A DNA stretch of 63,788 bases, filler included, from Octopus bimaculoides (GCF_001194135.2; 6 parts of 6 records of this genome joined end to end with filler, not necessarily neighbours in it), one strand, 5' to 3'. Shown: positions 1 through 13,939, counted from the whole stretch's first letter. Program-made: numbers and translations. The notes: a model not told the origin generated them from the letters alone.

Positions 1-1967
1 TATATATATACATATACATATATAACACTTTTATAATACTATCCTGGTTTTTATATAGGTATATGATGTGAAAGTATGTGCAAATATGCGTATGAGTGGG
101 GTTTTGCTGGATGAGGAGTGGTTTTTAGGTGAGTGAATTAGTGAGTGAGTGAGTGAGTGAGTGAGTGAGGGGGGAGGGAAGGAGGGAATTCGCTTGCGTG
201 TAAATGACTAATGTTGACTGTGTGAAGGACATTTGTAGTGAGCAAACCGTGTACGCTAATGCGTATTTTGCTTGTCTCCGTCGACGAGTACGACCCTTTC
301 TCTCGCTATTTTTCGATAGATTGTATTTTAATTATATTTGATTGGCTGTCCCTTTCATTGTTATTTATTTCTCATATCTCAAGGAAATAATGAGTTTGCA
401 TACACATATATTACCATATATGGCTTAAGTTCCGCATCGCTAAATGCCCTCGTATATGTATCGGCTAATTCATATCTACAAGTAGTATCAATAAACATTA
501 CCACTTGGAACTTGTCACTAATATACGATTCTGCTTTTATAAATTTCTTACTCAATCTTTCTATGACTGTATCGATGTCTTGGACAAGTTCCATATATAT
601 CGTTTCGTATACTTACTAACCTCTTCTTTTCACTACTGTACATCTCGATTACGTCCCTCCCATTGTATCTAGAGAGCTGCATATTATGAATGAAATTTTG
701 TATGAGCTTCTTTAGCAGACAACTTTGGCTCAGATGGGATACGTTCTTTATTACCCACAGAAATACTTAATAATATCAAAACTCCGCTCTGATTACATAA
801 ATATATTAATAGAGATTTAGTAAGGGCAACGTAAGAGTCAGGTTCTACTGTCGATATTGTCAGTTGTTCTCCTCCATCAGCTCAACAATATATTCTAACC
901 CGGTGTCTGTATTGGTATTACTCGTATATACATAGATATTAGTAGGTATGTTTCTCTAACTATAACTGACAATTAGTAAGACACCGCTACCGTCATCTTA
1001 CCCGGATACTTGTGTCTTGGCACTGCCATATAGATGGGTGAACACGAGTGCTTGAGTGTGTGTGAGTGAGATGTGTGTGAATGTGTGTGTGTATGTGTGT
1101 GTGCGCGTGCATGTGTGTGAGCGTTTGTGTACATGTATGGATGTATGTATATGTGTGTTTTAGGAACCTACTTGTCTGATACAAGCACACATACACGCGT
1201 GCACCTGAACATTGTATACAACAATTTCATTGTTATTATTAATATAGACTTCAGCACGTTTTCTCTCAACGTATTCTCAATAATAATTTATGATTACGCT
1301 AGTAATCACTTCTACAATGCTCTATGCATTGGTTCTCAAAGATGGAAAATGATCGTGACCAATCGACTGTTTTAAATACGCAGTTATTCCTGTGTCAGAT
1401 ACCTGAAAATATATTAATAATATATTCATAAATGATATATGTGTTTCAATGTACAAACGACAGTGAAAAACAGTACAGAATACATATACTAAATTATATT
1501 CATCTACTAGGAGCTGAAGTGACGATTTAATTCGGCTCTCTCTCAGTTTCCTGTTCCATTCCAATACATTTGAATTTCAGTCAGTGTCAAGACCAGGAAT
1601 ACAAACACACAATAATGACTCTCCATATATATATTTGTGTGTGTGTGTGTGTACATACACATATTTAGACAGGGACACATACACACACATATATACACAT
1701 GTATATATGTAAATATATATATATATANNNNNNNNNNNNNNNNNNNNNNNNNNNNNNNNNNNNNNNNNNNNNNNNNNNNNNNNNNNNNNNNNNNNNNNNN
1801 NNNNNNNNNNNNNNNNNNNNNNNNNNNNNNNNNNNNNNNNNNNNNNNNNNNNNNNNNNNNNNNNNNNNNNNNNNNNNNNNNNNNNNNNNNNNNNNNNNNN
1901 NNNNNNNNNNNNNNNNNNNNNNNNNNNNNNNNNNNNNNNNNNNNNNNNNNNNNNNNNNNNNNNATGA

Positions 1968-2020
<53 letters not shown>

Positions 2021-2750
2021 TGTGTGTGTGTGTACGTATGTATGTATGTATGTGTGTGTACATATTATATTGCGTCAGATAAGAAGGAAAGAAAAAAAGG
2101 AAAGAAAAACCGTGCTATGTACACAAAGAGACGTAATTTAAAGTCTGTAGGCGTGTTGTCAACATATTTTGTATATTCCATTGACTCCATAAATGTCAAG
2201 ATGCGTTATAAATAATTGATGATGCTTTCTTTGTTCATCTAACTATAATATCATGTATTTCTTAAACCTGCAACAAAGAGACTACTTGTGTGTTTCGATG
2301 GCTGTCCGTTCTGGCTGTTGAGTTCTCAAGTATTCAAAAGTGCCCGTTTGTAACAAAACATAGATAATCTATGAAGAAAACTACGATAAATCATACAGTA
2401 TCTTATCTAGCAATTTTCTTAATGAATACTCGCTAGCTTTCTCTTGAGAAAGTGTGAAATGATATATTGGTTAGAACAACAATATATACACACACAAACA
2501 CAAACACACACATACAGACACACACACAGACGCACAAATATGCACACACACACGCACACACATACGCACACACACACACATATATATATATATACACATA
2601 CACATACATATATACATGCATACGAATATACGAATATAAATGCATGCACACACATACATATATGTATAAATATGTATATTCATAGAATAAATTTAAGTTT
2701 TTGTCTATAAGTGAGGATGTGAGTGTGGATGGACTTATACGTACATACAT

Positions 2751-2781
<31 letters not shown>

Positions 2782-2798
2782 AGTGTGTATGTGTATGC

Positions 2799-2856
<58 letters not shown>

Positions 2857-2860
2857 ATGA

Positions 2861-2904
<44 letters not shown>

Positions 2905-4763
2905 AAGCATATGCATATATAGAGACTGTGTGTTTGTGTGTATGTGGAGAGGGGAATGAGAGGGAAACTTATATAAGTATTTGGTGTCTGTACAAAAGAT
3001 TATGTTTGTTCTTATATATGAATAAATCTGTGTGTTCATGTGTGTGTGTTTGTGCGTATGTTTATGTGTGTGTGTGTGTGTGTGTGTTTGTATGTATGTA
3101 TGTGTGTGTGTGTGTTGTATGGCTACTATGTACATTTCTATAACTATTTATGTTTTTGTGTAGGTGCAGTCTTGTTTGTGCACACTGTGGTTATGACAGT
3201 TGTTCCACAAATTTCTAGGTAGTTGTATTCTGACATGGCAATATAACGAAACCTCACATATCAGAAGTAAGCTGTTAAATTGTAGCATTTCAGAAAATAA
3301 ACTTTAATCGGTCATTCTCCTATCTTTTATAGGTCGTAACCCAGTCTATATAATGTGAAAGAAAACAGGGATTAGACAGCCAAGTAAGATAAATTGATTT
3401 ATGCAAAATTATAAAATGTAGTTCTTAAGTATTCTGAAACAACTTTTCCTAAGTTAGAATTATACATAACAATTCAAGGAGTGCGCAAACGTAGGAAAGT
3501 ATATATTTTATTCAAATCCTTTCTAAGAATTAAATTATAAATTAACGCTTGAAGTAACATTATTTTATTAAGTTCATCAAGGACTTTATTATTCTATATA
3601 TTTATATATAATTCTTAATATGCAGTTCACAACACCCGACGATGTGTTAAGCATCACATCATACGAATATCATTTGTTGAAAATAGAACGAAAAATGCTA
3701 AGTAGCGTCTATCTTCAGAGTCTTTCGAGACAAAAGCACATCTTATACTGCCATTTCGCCTGTATCTTGTGACAGAATATTTCAAAGTAATTTAGGCGCA
3801 TGAACAAAGGGAGATTACTCGTTATACTTATTTACAATTATACCTTAGAGATAATTAGCGAATGTTGTAAAACTACATTGTACCTTTTAATTTTTAGCAA
3901 AAATATTTAAATTCTTCTTAGAAGTACACTATAATTTTTATATATCTAATACTTTTTCTGCGAATAATGGAATGTATCTCTTGGTCCATTGAAATGCTAA
4001 ATATTAACATTAATTATAACAAATTTCCTACGAAATACGTTCCCAATTATTATTTTACTATACAATATACAATTATTATTCTCACTTAATTACAACTTTT
4101 AAATATTGTAACAAACTTTTATTTCTTAATATTTTTTTTAAATTTTATATCCCAAATTAATTATGTTTATTCCCATTATTCTACTTAAATGACTACTTTA
4201 TGTCCCTAAACACCAATTGCAGTATATTTTTCAAATACATCATAGTATTATAGTAAGATTTCATTCAATAATACATCCCCCACTACCCCCGCACCCTACC
4301 TTTCCTAAAAAATATTGTTTCCGTTATTTGAATATTCGAAAATAAGATCATCATCAATCTTACTCGTTATTTACCACTAATATGTAAGAAATTTCGCTCT
4401 GATGGAATCCGGACACACTGTGGGGCTTTTTTATGTCTAACATGATTCGAATCCTGATGATCCGAAGCAATTGTTCACCTAGTAGCCGAATTAAAACATT
4501 TGAAGACATCTTCTTTGATTATTTCTGATGTTAGTTCTGTTACTTTAAATTTTATTTGTATTACAATATTTGATATGAATAAAATTAAATAAATATCCAC
4601 TATGTTTTTCTCTATTTTCTTATATATATTTACTTAACACTATATTGGACAGTTTATCCACATATGTTGAGGAATGTTCTCTTAATATATAAATTGATAA
4701 CGCCAGTTGACATCCTGATTTTCAAAAATCACTGACTAGGATTTTACACCCCCATTTTTGACA

Positions 4764-4811
<48 letters not shown>

Positions 4812-5694
4812 GCATATACATATACACATACAGTTTTTGTATTTCATGTATTTATAACAATTTATATAGTGATCTGTCTATTTCGCTTATCCCTTATTTA
4901 CCTCTATACAAGCTCAAGTTTAAATGTCTTGAACACTATTAAGTGTATTCTATATGTAGTATATTTGTGTCTCATGTATGAAATTTACATATACATACAG
5001 GTATATATAACGAAAAACAAATGTAAGTGTTGCAATATATATTTTATTTGGAAATCCTACATTCAGCGAATACTTGTCAAATTAATTAATCTTAAAATGT
5101 TAATGATAACGTTTAATTCAATGAGAAAATTCATATGCAACAATTTTTATGTTCTTAAGTTTGATCAACCACATTTCTCTCTCCTTCATAAGCTCAAACT
5201 ACGAATAAGAAGCATCGCTGTGCTTAAAATGTTTTTTTTCTTTCTACTGAAAATATGCAGCACTTGCAACATTTAGCTTAAAGTCTGGCACACTTTCTTT
5301 AACTATTTGGTTTAATGTATTACTGAAAAAGAATGGAATTTTCTTCGCCATATTTAAATGTATAGCTGTACACTTCCGTCTGTCTAATTTCACTTTCGAG
5401 ATGAGGATTGCTTGAGGACTAGGATAAAAGGACACTTATACAAGATACCGCCAAATTTGATCACTTTCAGAAGTATGTGATTGCCAAGAGGTCGATTTAA
5501 CTGTGTCATCATACTAAACTCACTGTGATATTGCAGTGTTGATATGACATCACAAAAATAATAATTATATTTCGAAACTCAGTTGCAGAAAAAGGGAAAA
5601 TGTAATATTGCGTGCGAGTATTTGTATTTCTCTATGTGTGTATGTGTGCTTTTTTTATGTAGTTTAATATATTATATTTATAGATAAAGTGAAG

Positions 5695-5925
5695 TCACGT
5701 GGCTTAGCGGTTTGGGTGTTCGATCACGATCGTAAGGACGTGAGTTCAATTCTCGACGACGCGTTCTGTCCTTGAGCAAGACACTTTATTTCACTCCAGT
5801 TCACTCAGCTGACAAAAATGAGTAGTATCTGTATTTGAGAGGGCCACCGCGTCACATTCTGTGTCATGCTGAATCTTCCTGACAGCTACATTAAGGGTAT
5901 ACGTGTCTGTGAAGCCAGTTATACA
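5695..5925 (+). mobile_element. SINE family C copy (tRNA-like head plus central domain TTGAGCAAGACACTTTATTTCAC)
   Basis: A-box-like GTGGCTTAGCGG and B-box-like GAGTTCAATTC. Homologous to 24194-24422 (-) and 41185-41440 (+). Confidence 0.8.
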
Positions 5926-5929
5926 TAAG

Positions 5930-6133
5930 CCGTCGAGGTGGCAAAATCGTTAGCACATTGAATAAAATGTTTACAGATATTTCTTCCAATTTTACATTCT
6001 GAGATTATATTTCACCGTTTTCGGCTTTGCCTTTTATGCTCTTTCTCTCGATAAAATAAGTACTGCTGATGTAAATAGGTAAACCTCACTTCCGAAAAAT
6101 CTCAGGCCTTGTGCCTTTGGTAGAAAGGATTAT
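5930..6133 (+). mobile_element. SINE family B copy, diverged
   Basis: Matches the family B pattern (GGCAAAATCGTTAGCAC...GCCTTTTATGC...GTAGAAAGGATTAT) seen at 19591 and 23781. Confidence 0.75.
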
Positions 6134-8469
6134 ATAAATATATATAAATTGCTAGCAAGAATACAGAGTTTGGTTTTGCAACCTCAATGTACCTCCAAGC
6201 ATAAGGGTTTATGAGTCAATATTATGCCTTACTTTTGTGTTAGCAATGAGTTGTCCTGCTTTTTATATTTATCTTTACAGATTTTCCACAGAATACAGAG
6301 CCAGCTCTGAAAGTTACGTACTTTTGTATACGAATACGCCTTTGTAAATAATGCGATTGAAGATAGAAAAATGGGTAATGTGGTTATATGCATCACTGTA
6401 TGTTTATATTTTAAGTTTTTGATCATGTATGCTGTCAATGAAAATTGACCAAGGGCTAAATTCCAACATCAATAACTGTGTTTATTTCGTATTTAGAAGA
6501 TATACATCTCAACTTGAGAGAAAATTCGTATCCAATGTTTCAAGAACACAAAGCTTCGACTACTTTTGACAAGCAATTACACTTTGGGAAAGATACTAAC
6601 GAATGGAGAGCGATGTTATGTGTGTGTGCGTGTGCGTGCGTGTGTGTACGTGTGCGTGTGTGTGTGTCTGTGTGTGTGTGTGTGCGTATGTGTGTGTTTT
6701 CTCTGTGTGTATGTGGGGGGGGGTGTAAGTGTGTTTGTATGTACAGAGAGTCAGATAGGCAGACAGATAGACACAATAGATAGATTGGGCATGCAAAATG
6801 GAACCAAGTGAGAGAAATGATGAATACGATAACGCATGAGGAGAAAGTGCAACTGAGAACAGGGAGAACGAGGAGTTGTAGTAATAGAAAAGAAATAGGT
6901 ACAGAAAGAAGGAAAGGAAGAAACAGATGGAGAAGTAGGAGGAGGAGGTGGTGGAAAAGGATGAGAATAATAAAAAAAAGGGCGGAGGAGGTAGAGAACA
7001 AAAAGAAGGCGATATTGCTGAGGTGGCGGCGGCGGTGGCTGCGGTGGTGGTAACAATAATGGTATCAAACCTCTATAATGAGGATTGATGCCACGTTAAT
7101 CATAACGATGATAATGATGTTGATGATGAAGAGGAGAAAAGGTTGAAGGAGGATGGTGATTCAATTTTTTATATATATCTAAAAGCAATACCAGATCTAC
7201 ATTCTAAGTATTGGTGGCACAAAATGATGGGCAATACGAATCAATTACGATTACCATAAAGTTTCAAAAAAAATTGCAGGCTACAAGGAGAGTAAAGCGA
7301 TAATCCGGCTAACCTATATATATATTTCATTTACACCATCATTGTACCACTGAAGACATTCCTATCTATATTTCATGAAGTAATGCAACGAACTTATCGA
7401 TTTCTTGGCATTTACAAGTAAATTCCTTGAAGTTTTCTGCCAAAATAGTTAGAAGCCATGTATTTGTTCAATTTATTTTCTTTTCTTCCATTGTTTTTAC
7501 TCATTTTCTTGTGTATGTGCGGATAAGAGCGTTATTGTTTTCCAAAGAATCATAATTCTTTGAGAAGTACCATTTATGGAAGTGTGGTGGCTTATACTTA
7601 TTGATTCGTTTAACAAATGTAGTTCCATTCCTTGTTTACTGCAAAAATTGCTTTAAACTGTGGTTTATTGTTATATGTTCCTTTATATCTTTATAGCCAG
7701 TAAAATTATATCGTTAGATATTCAAGATATACACCTCCATAAGGAATATATATATATATANNNNNNNNNNNNNNNNNNNNNNNNNNNNNNNNNNNNNNNN
7801 NNNNNNNNNNNNNNNNNNNNNNNNNNNNNNNNNNNNNNNNNNNNNNNNNNNNNNNNNNNNNNNNNNNNNNNNNNNNNNNNNNNNNNNNNNNNNNNNNNNN
7901 NNNNNNNNNNNNNNNNNNNNNNNNNNNNNNNNNNNNNNNNNNNNNNNNNNNNNNNNNNNNNNNNNNNNNNNNNNNNNNNNNNNNNNNNNNNNNNNNNNNN
8001 NNNNNNNNNNNNNNNNNNNNNNNNNNNNNNNNNNNNNNNNNNNNNNNNNNNNNNNNNNNNNNNNNNNNNNNNNNNNNNNNNNNNNNNNNNNNNNNNNNNN
8101 NNNNNNNNNNNNNNNNNNNNNNNNNNNNNNNNNNNNNNNNNNNNNNNNNNNNNNNNNNNNNNNNNNNNNNNNNNNNNNNNNNNNNNNNNNNNNNNNNNNN
8201 NNNNNNNNNNNNNNNNNNNNTATACATATATATACATACATATATATGTATATAGATATGCGCATGAGTGTGTGAGCATGTGTGTGTGTGAGTGTGTGTG
8301 TGTGCATGTGTGTGTGTGCATGTGTGTGTACTTAAAACGATGTTATTTATGACCGGTCAGAGAGTGACCATTGGTTCTGAAATCATAAAGTTTATAGAGG
8401 TAAAGCTGGCTTGCAAGACACATAACCTCTGTACAATTGGACGTTATAATCTTATACACACACACGCAT

Positions 8470-8543
<74 letters not shown>

Positions 8544-8699
8544 GCACACATACACACACATACACACACACATATAATTCATCTCTCTGTCGATTTCGAG
8601 ATTACTCTTAGCAATAATTTCTTTTCGGTGGAGAAGGATCGTGTAGGAACAAGCAGACTTTTGGAAATTCTGATACCAGAATGTTGAACATAGCCTGCC

Positions 8700-8982
8700 T
8701 TAGTATACGAAACGTCGTCAGAAAAATCAGTGCTGTCTATAATTTTATATAGAATATCTGTAGAGATAACCTTAAAAAGTAATGGAAAAGTGCACTGTCG
8801 ACGCAGTAGAACGCGGTATTGACTTATAAACGCGTTTAATATACTTTATAACATATTATGGTTGCATAACAAATAATCGTACCTGCAAGTTATTAGTATT
8901 TAAGTATCAGCTTCCAGAAGTTTTTTTAATATGTAAAATTGATATATCGAGTAACTATATATCTATAGTGTATAGTTATTGG

Positions 8983-9020
<38 letters not shown>

Positions 9021-9370
9021 GCTATTTAAGCAATGTGTTCGACGATGATTAAAGGGTTAGATGGGTGCTGATGTAGAGGCAAAAACCCCTGAAATATGGC
9101 ATATACGCCCATTACCCATTTTTCATCTTTGATCTGTTTGCATGTTTATATTTGACACCTCGAATACGAAACATCGTATCAGATGACAGTGCTGGTTATA
9201 ATTTCTATAGAATATATATAGAGGTAATTTTAACAAGGTAAACGCGCACAACTATCACAGTAGAACGCAGTACTGACTTATAAAAAGCGTTTAATATACT
9301 TTATAGTATATTATGGTTGCAAAACGAAATACCGCGTACCTACATGTCTTTAGTATTATGGTTTTCAGAC
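8700..9370. repeat. Diverged direct repeat, two units of about 215 bp (about 8700-8912 and 9163-9370)
   Basis: Collinear shared blocks include TACGAAAC, CAGTGCTG, CAGTAGAACGC, TGACTTATAA, GCGTTTAATATACTTTATA, ATATTATGGTTGCA and TTAGTATT. Confidence 0.85.
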
Positions 9371-9471
9371 ACCTGAACTGGTTGCTATTGCCACGGCGTA
9401 GACTCCAATTTATTCCTGTATATTAAATACATACCTGGAAAACCAAAAATTTCTAATTCTTCCTGCATAGG

Positions 9472-9720
9472 TATACAGGAGGTGCTGAAGAGTTCCTGGC
9501 TTTGGGTAAAATAAAGGACGGGCGGATCAATTATGATTTTATTCAACATATTTCCCTCTCAGATTCACACACTTATTGCAAATGTCCTTCAGTTTTTCTA
9601 AGCCATGTAAAAGAGATCGAAACTTTGAGCCTCGAACGTGAACTTTCGCGAAACACTTTCAACTCACCTGGTATATTTATCAATCATATATTTGGATAGC
9701 CGTTCACTTCTCTGAATTCA
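9472..9720 (-). mobile_element. Mariner transposon 3' remnant (transposase C-terminus plus terminal inverted repeat)
   Basis: Minus strand translates LEKLKDICNKCVNLRGKYVE*, the typical mariner C-terminus. A TA-flanked TIR-like TACAGGAGGTGCTGAAGAGTTCCTGGCTTT lies at about 9474-9503. Confidence 0.85.
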
Positions 9721-10030
9721 TTCACCTGTTAATAAGTTGCTTTTCATTCAGGAGTGTGTCCAAGAAGTACTCTACTTACCAAGCAGGCTTGTTGCTGTAA
9801 CCAGTTTGGATGCCGACCGTGAATGAATATCTGCTTTGAAAGTTCTAATGTTTTCTTTTGTGAGTTTGATTAACGATAGATCAGAATTCTATGAAATTAC
9901 TGGACTGTAGTTTAGACCCTCTCCCAAAGAAACATTCATTAATATGCAAAGCAGTATACAGCAGAATGATGATTCAATAATTTTTCATAGCGTTAGTGGT
10001 CATAGGCGTTATTTTATGGCAAGAACCATA

Positions 10031-10392
10031 CGGTTCTGAGTTTAGTTACATTCGGCAGCACCTTGGTCAAGTGTCTTCTACTAGGACCCGCGGCGACAAA
10101 GCCGATTCAGTGAATTTAGTAGATGGGAACTACAAGAAGCCTGTCGTATATGTGTGCGCATGTGTATCCATGTGTTTGTGTTTGTTCCCTACCCACCACT
10201 TGACAACTCACATTGGTTTGTTTTCATCCCTGTTACTTAGCGGTTCGGCAATAGAGACGATAGGATTAGTATTAGACTTTAAAAAAAGAAGTATTGATGT
10301 CGATTTGTTTTTTGGTTTTTCTATTCAACGCTTTAGGGCAGTGCCCCAGCATGGTCGCCGTCCAATGACTGAAACAATTACAAGACAAAAGA
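10031..10392 (+). mobile_element. SINE family A copy
   Basis: CACCTTGGTCAAGTGTCTTCTACTA core, AAGAAGCCTGTCGTATA, internal TG tract and CCCCAGCATGGTCGC...TGACTGAAACAA tail, as at 20039-20720. Confidence 0.85.
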
Positions 10393-11349
10393 GATATGTG
10401 TGTAAGAAATATCTCAAAATATATGTAAGACATTATATCTGAAGATCACGGTTAAGAATTATCTTGATATTGTTGACTTTCTGGATATCATTTAAAATTT
10501 ACATGCCTTCTAGAAAACACGGTAATTACATTTTATCAATAGAAATTACAAAAATTCTACAACAATTTTTGAAAAGTGTTGATGTTAATATTGGAAAATG
10601 TATATTTGCACTCTCACTACATCGTAGTGCAACACACTTCTAAATGATGAATGAAGCAGTGGCTGAAGGGTAAGAAACATAAATTTAACATAAAAGTATG
10701 TAAGCAATAATTTCACATCCCCATTTCCATATATAGAGAATATATCACAGTTTCATAACTTTATGTTTCTCTGTAGATTACAAATATCATAAAATCTTTA
10801 ATGCGAACTCTTTTAAATCTAGTTACTTCTCTTGCAGTAACTGTGTTACTAATATCGATACGTTCTACATCAGAAACATCAGCAATACAAATTTTGACTC
10901 AGATATCAATGACATATAATACTAAAACATATTTGAAAACTCTGGTCTATATGCTAAATTTTCTTTTGAGTACAATTCTTACCAAAATCGTATACATTTA
11001 CATATATGGCTTAGTGTTAACTTCGTTTAAAGAATGATATTACTAGCATATGCAAAAATTCCAAAACATGAAAGAAGAGAAAAGAGAAAATATTTAGATA
11101 TATAAATTGTCAAATTGGCATTTACTTCACTTCATATCCATCAACTGTTTGTCCAATTCTGTTGTGAATACTACTTCGCTTGAAAGCGGTTCATCATACT
11201 GCAATATTCAAGCGAATTCAGCAAAAAGACAGAATCAGTCAATTATTGCATATATTAGACCAACTTCTCACTGAATAATGTCATTATGTCACCCAGTATG
11301 TAATCTGTTATCCAAGAAAAATATAAATTTTTATTTAAAATAACATATA

Positions 11350-11388
<39 letters not shown>

Positions 11389-11441
11389 CTCTCTGTGTGT
11401 GTGTGCCTCTCTCTGTGTGTGTGCCTCTCTGTGAGTGTGTG

Positions 11442-11505
<64 letters not shown>

Positions 11506-12072
11506 TAAATTGTCTGTTTTGCTTAATTGACGGTGTAGAAGGTGCTAGGAGTATCACTAAGCATGAAATCCTAACTTGAAAGCTGCTGCTTTTATTCCTG
11601 GATGTTTGAATGCATTATAACTGGTACAATAGGACAGAGCTGATACAATAGACTATAACTGATAAAATAGGACTTAACAGACTCTCTGAAATTTCTGTTG
11701 ATCTGGCAATTTTTTTTTTATCTACCGCATTATTGAAATCTATTTACACATTAAAGAAGAATTAGCACCACTAGTGCGAAAAGTGAACACCACCATACTA
11801 CATCATTCGCAAGACATTGTCTGATGGATCATACATATATTTCATTGTTTGATACTCTTAGTAATCATTGAAGGAGTCATTAAATGTAAATCAATAAGGT
11901 CGTGTATTGAGTGCATAATTATTTCGTTTAAACACGGATACGTATATACAAACACACGTTCCTGTTATACACAAACACACATTACGCATACGCATATGTA
12001 TTCATGCATATACATATACAAATACACGGTCACGCACTCATAAACATATATATGTATGTGTATGTGTGTGTG

Positions 12073-12126
<54 letters not shown>

Positions 12127-12352
12127 NNNNNNNNNNNNNNNNNNNNNNNNNNNNNNNNNNNNNNNNNNNNNNNNNNNNNNNNNNNNNNNNNNNNNNNNNN
12201 NNNNNNNNNNNNNNNNNNNNNNNNNNNNNNNNNNNNNNNNNNNNNNNNNNNNNNNNNNNNNNNNNNNNNNNNNNNNNNNNNNNNNNNNNNNNNNNNNNNN
12301 NNNNNNNNNNNNNNNNNNNNNNNNNNNNNNNNNNNNNNNNNNNNNNNNNNNN

Positions 12353-12417
<65 letters not shown>

Positions 12418-12563
12418 CGAGCGTGCGCACGCCTAGTGTGTATATGCAATTTTGTTTCTCTATCTTCACGGCATTTATTAATGAGATATTCCCATTTGTG
12501 TTTCGTAGGCACTTTTTCTTATAAAATTTGAGAGGTTGGTATTTTTTATTTTCCTTTCTCCAG

Positions 12564-12620
12564 CGTAGATCAGGAATCAAACTTCTTGGAACCACAACAA
12601 AAGGCCTTCTGCTGCAATGG
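12564..12620 (+). CDS. Candidate internal exon (57 nt) of an unidentified host gene
   Basis: Acceptor ATTTTTTATTTTCCTTTCTCCAG, donor TGG/GTGAGG, length a multiple of 3. Two frames are open: RRSGIKLLGTTTKGLLLQW or VDQESNFLEPQQKAFCCNG. No homology recognised. Confidence 0.35.
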
Positions 12621-12784
12621 GTGAGGTGGTATTCTGACATTCGATCCTTTCTGAAATGTGCGTGCATGTGAAGACGCAAGAAAAACTTAACAAGGGCTAA
12701 AACAATGTCAGGTTTACCGTGCTCTTTAGTAAAGTTTTAGTGATACAGAGTTGTTCTTATTAAACTGATTGATGGATGGATAGG

Positions 12785-12822
<38 letters not shown>

Positions 12823-13939
12823 CATACATACATACATACATACATACATACATACATACATACATACGTAGGTAGGTAGGTAGGTAGGTAGGTAGGTAGG
12901 CATTCATCCTTCTGAAAAGGAGAGAAGAAAATTTATCTTTATATAAAATGGAAGTAAACACGAAGGTGGTCAAACTTGATGTCGTGTAAACAACTACTGT
13001 ATGTGTGCATATGCATGTCTGAGTTTGTGTCGGTGCGCGTGTGTGCATATACCTGCTCATTCAAAATTGATATAATAATATAGTAATATGATATACATAT
13101 TACTCTTATTCCTTTACCTATATTCGAATACATATGATAGACATAATCAAATTATAGAAGAGTTTATACAGACGTATTCAGCATACAATACCTTAATTTA
13201 TATTCTATCAGAATGAAAATCTATTTGATCTAATTCATCTATATATCTAATACATAATATTGATATTCTATAGGCATTAACAGTCTACATTATATTCAAC
13301 TAACATAGGAGATGATTTGACACTACAGAATTTCAAGAAAATATTTTTTGATAATATCATGTTTGCTTAGAGGTTTTTAACTGAAAAATCGTCTTTTATG
13401 TATATGTACAAAAGCGTGAAATTAAATTCAACTTACGTAGACTTAGCATAAATTTCGTTCGTAATATTGGTTTATTTTGCTAAGAAAATTATTTGATGTT
13501 ATCACTGGGTCATGCGCATGGCTTGAACATTTACTAATATTACAGAGAAAAAAAATTAATGTAAATTCAGAATACTTATCTACGCATGTAGCAACAAGAT
13601 GTTGACGGTTATAAATGAATGTGTATTTTAAATATTTCAGCATCTCATTTCCTATACAAGGAACTATTTTTTAAATGTAATTCGCAGAATAGTTTCACAC
13701 AATAAGAAACGCCTAGTTCAGATTTATTTCAAACCGGGAAATTTGTTTTCAGAAAGCATTCGTTCAATGACTATATAGAATGGCTGAAGCAAAACGTTGA
13801 AGGGCCGACTGTGACTGGCAGTAAACAAAGAGAACTCCTATGTTGCCGTTCGATCTGCCAAAAATGTCATTTAATCTTTAGGCAAATCATCTTTCAATAA
13901 GAAGAATTCATTGATTGATGTAGTTCCTAATAATAGAGC

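Noticed and set aside
8665-8725. GAAACGTC followed by GTCAGAA, complementary to upstream TTCTGAT
   Set aside because: No CTGANGA core or stem II lies between them.
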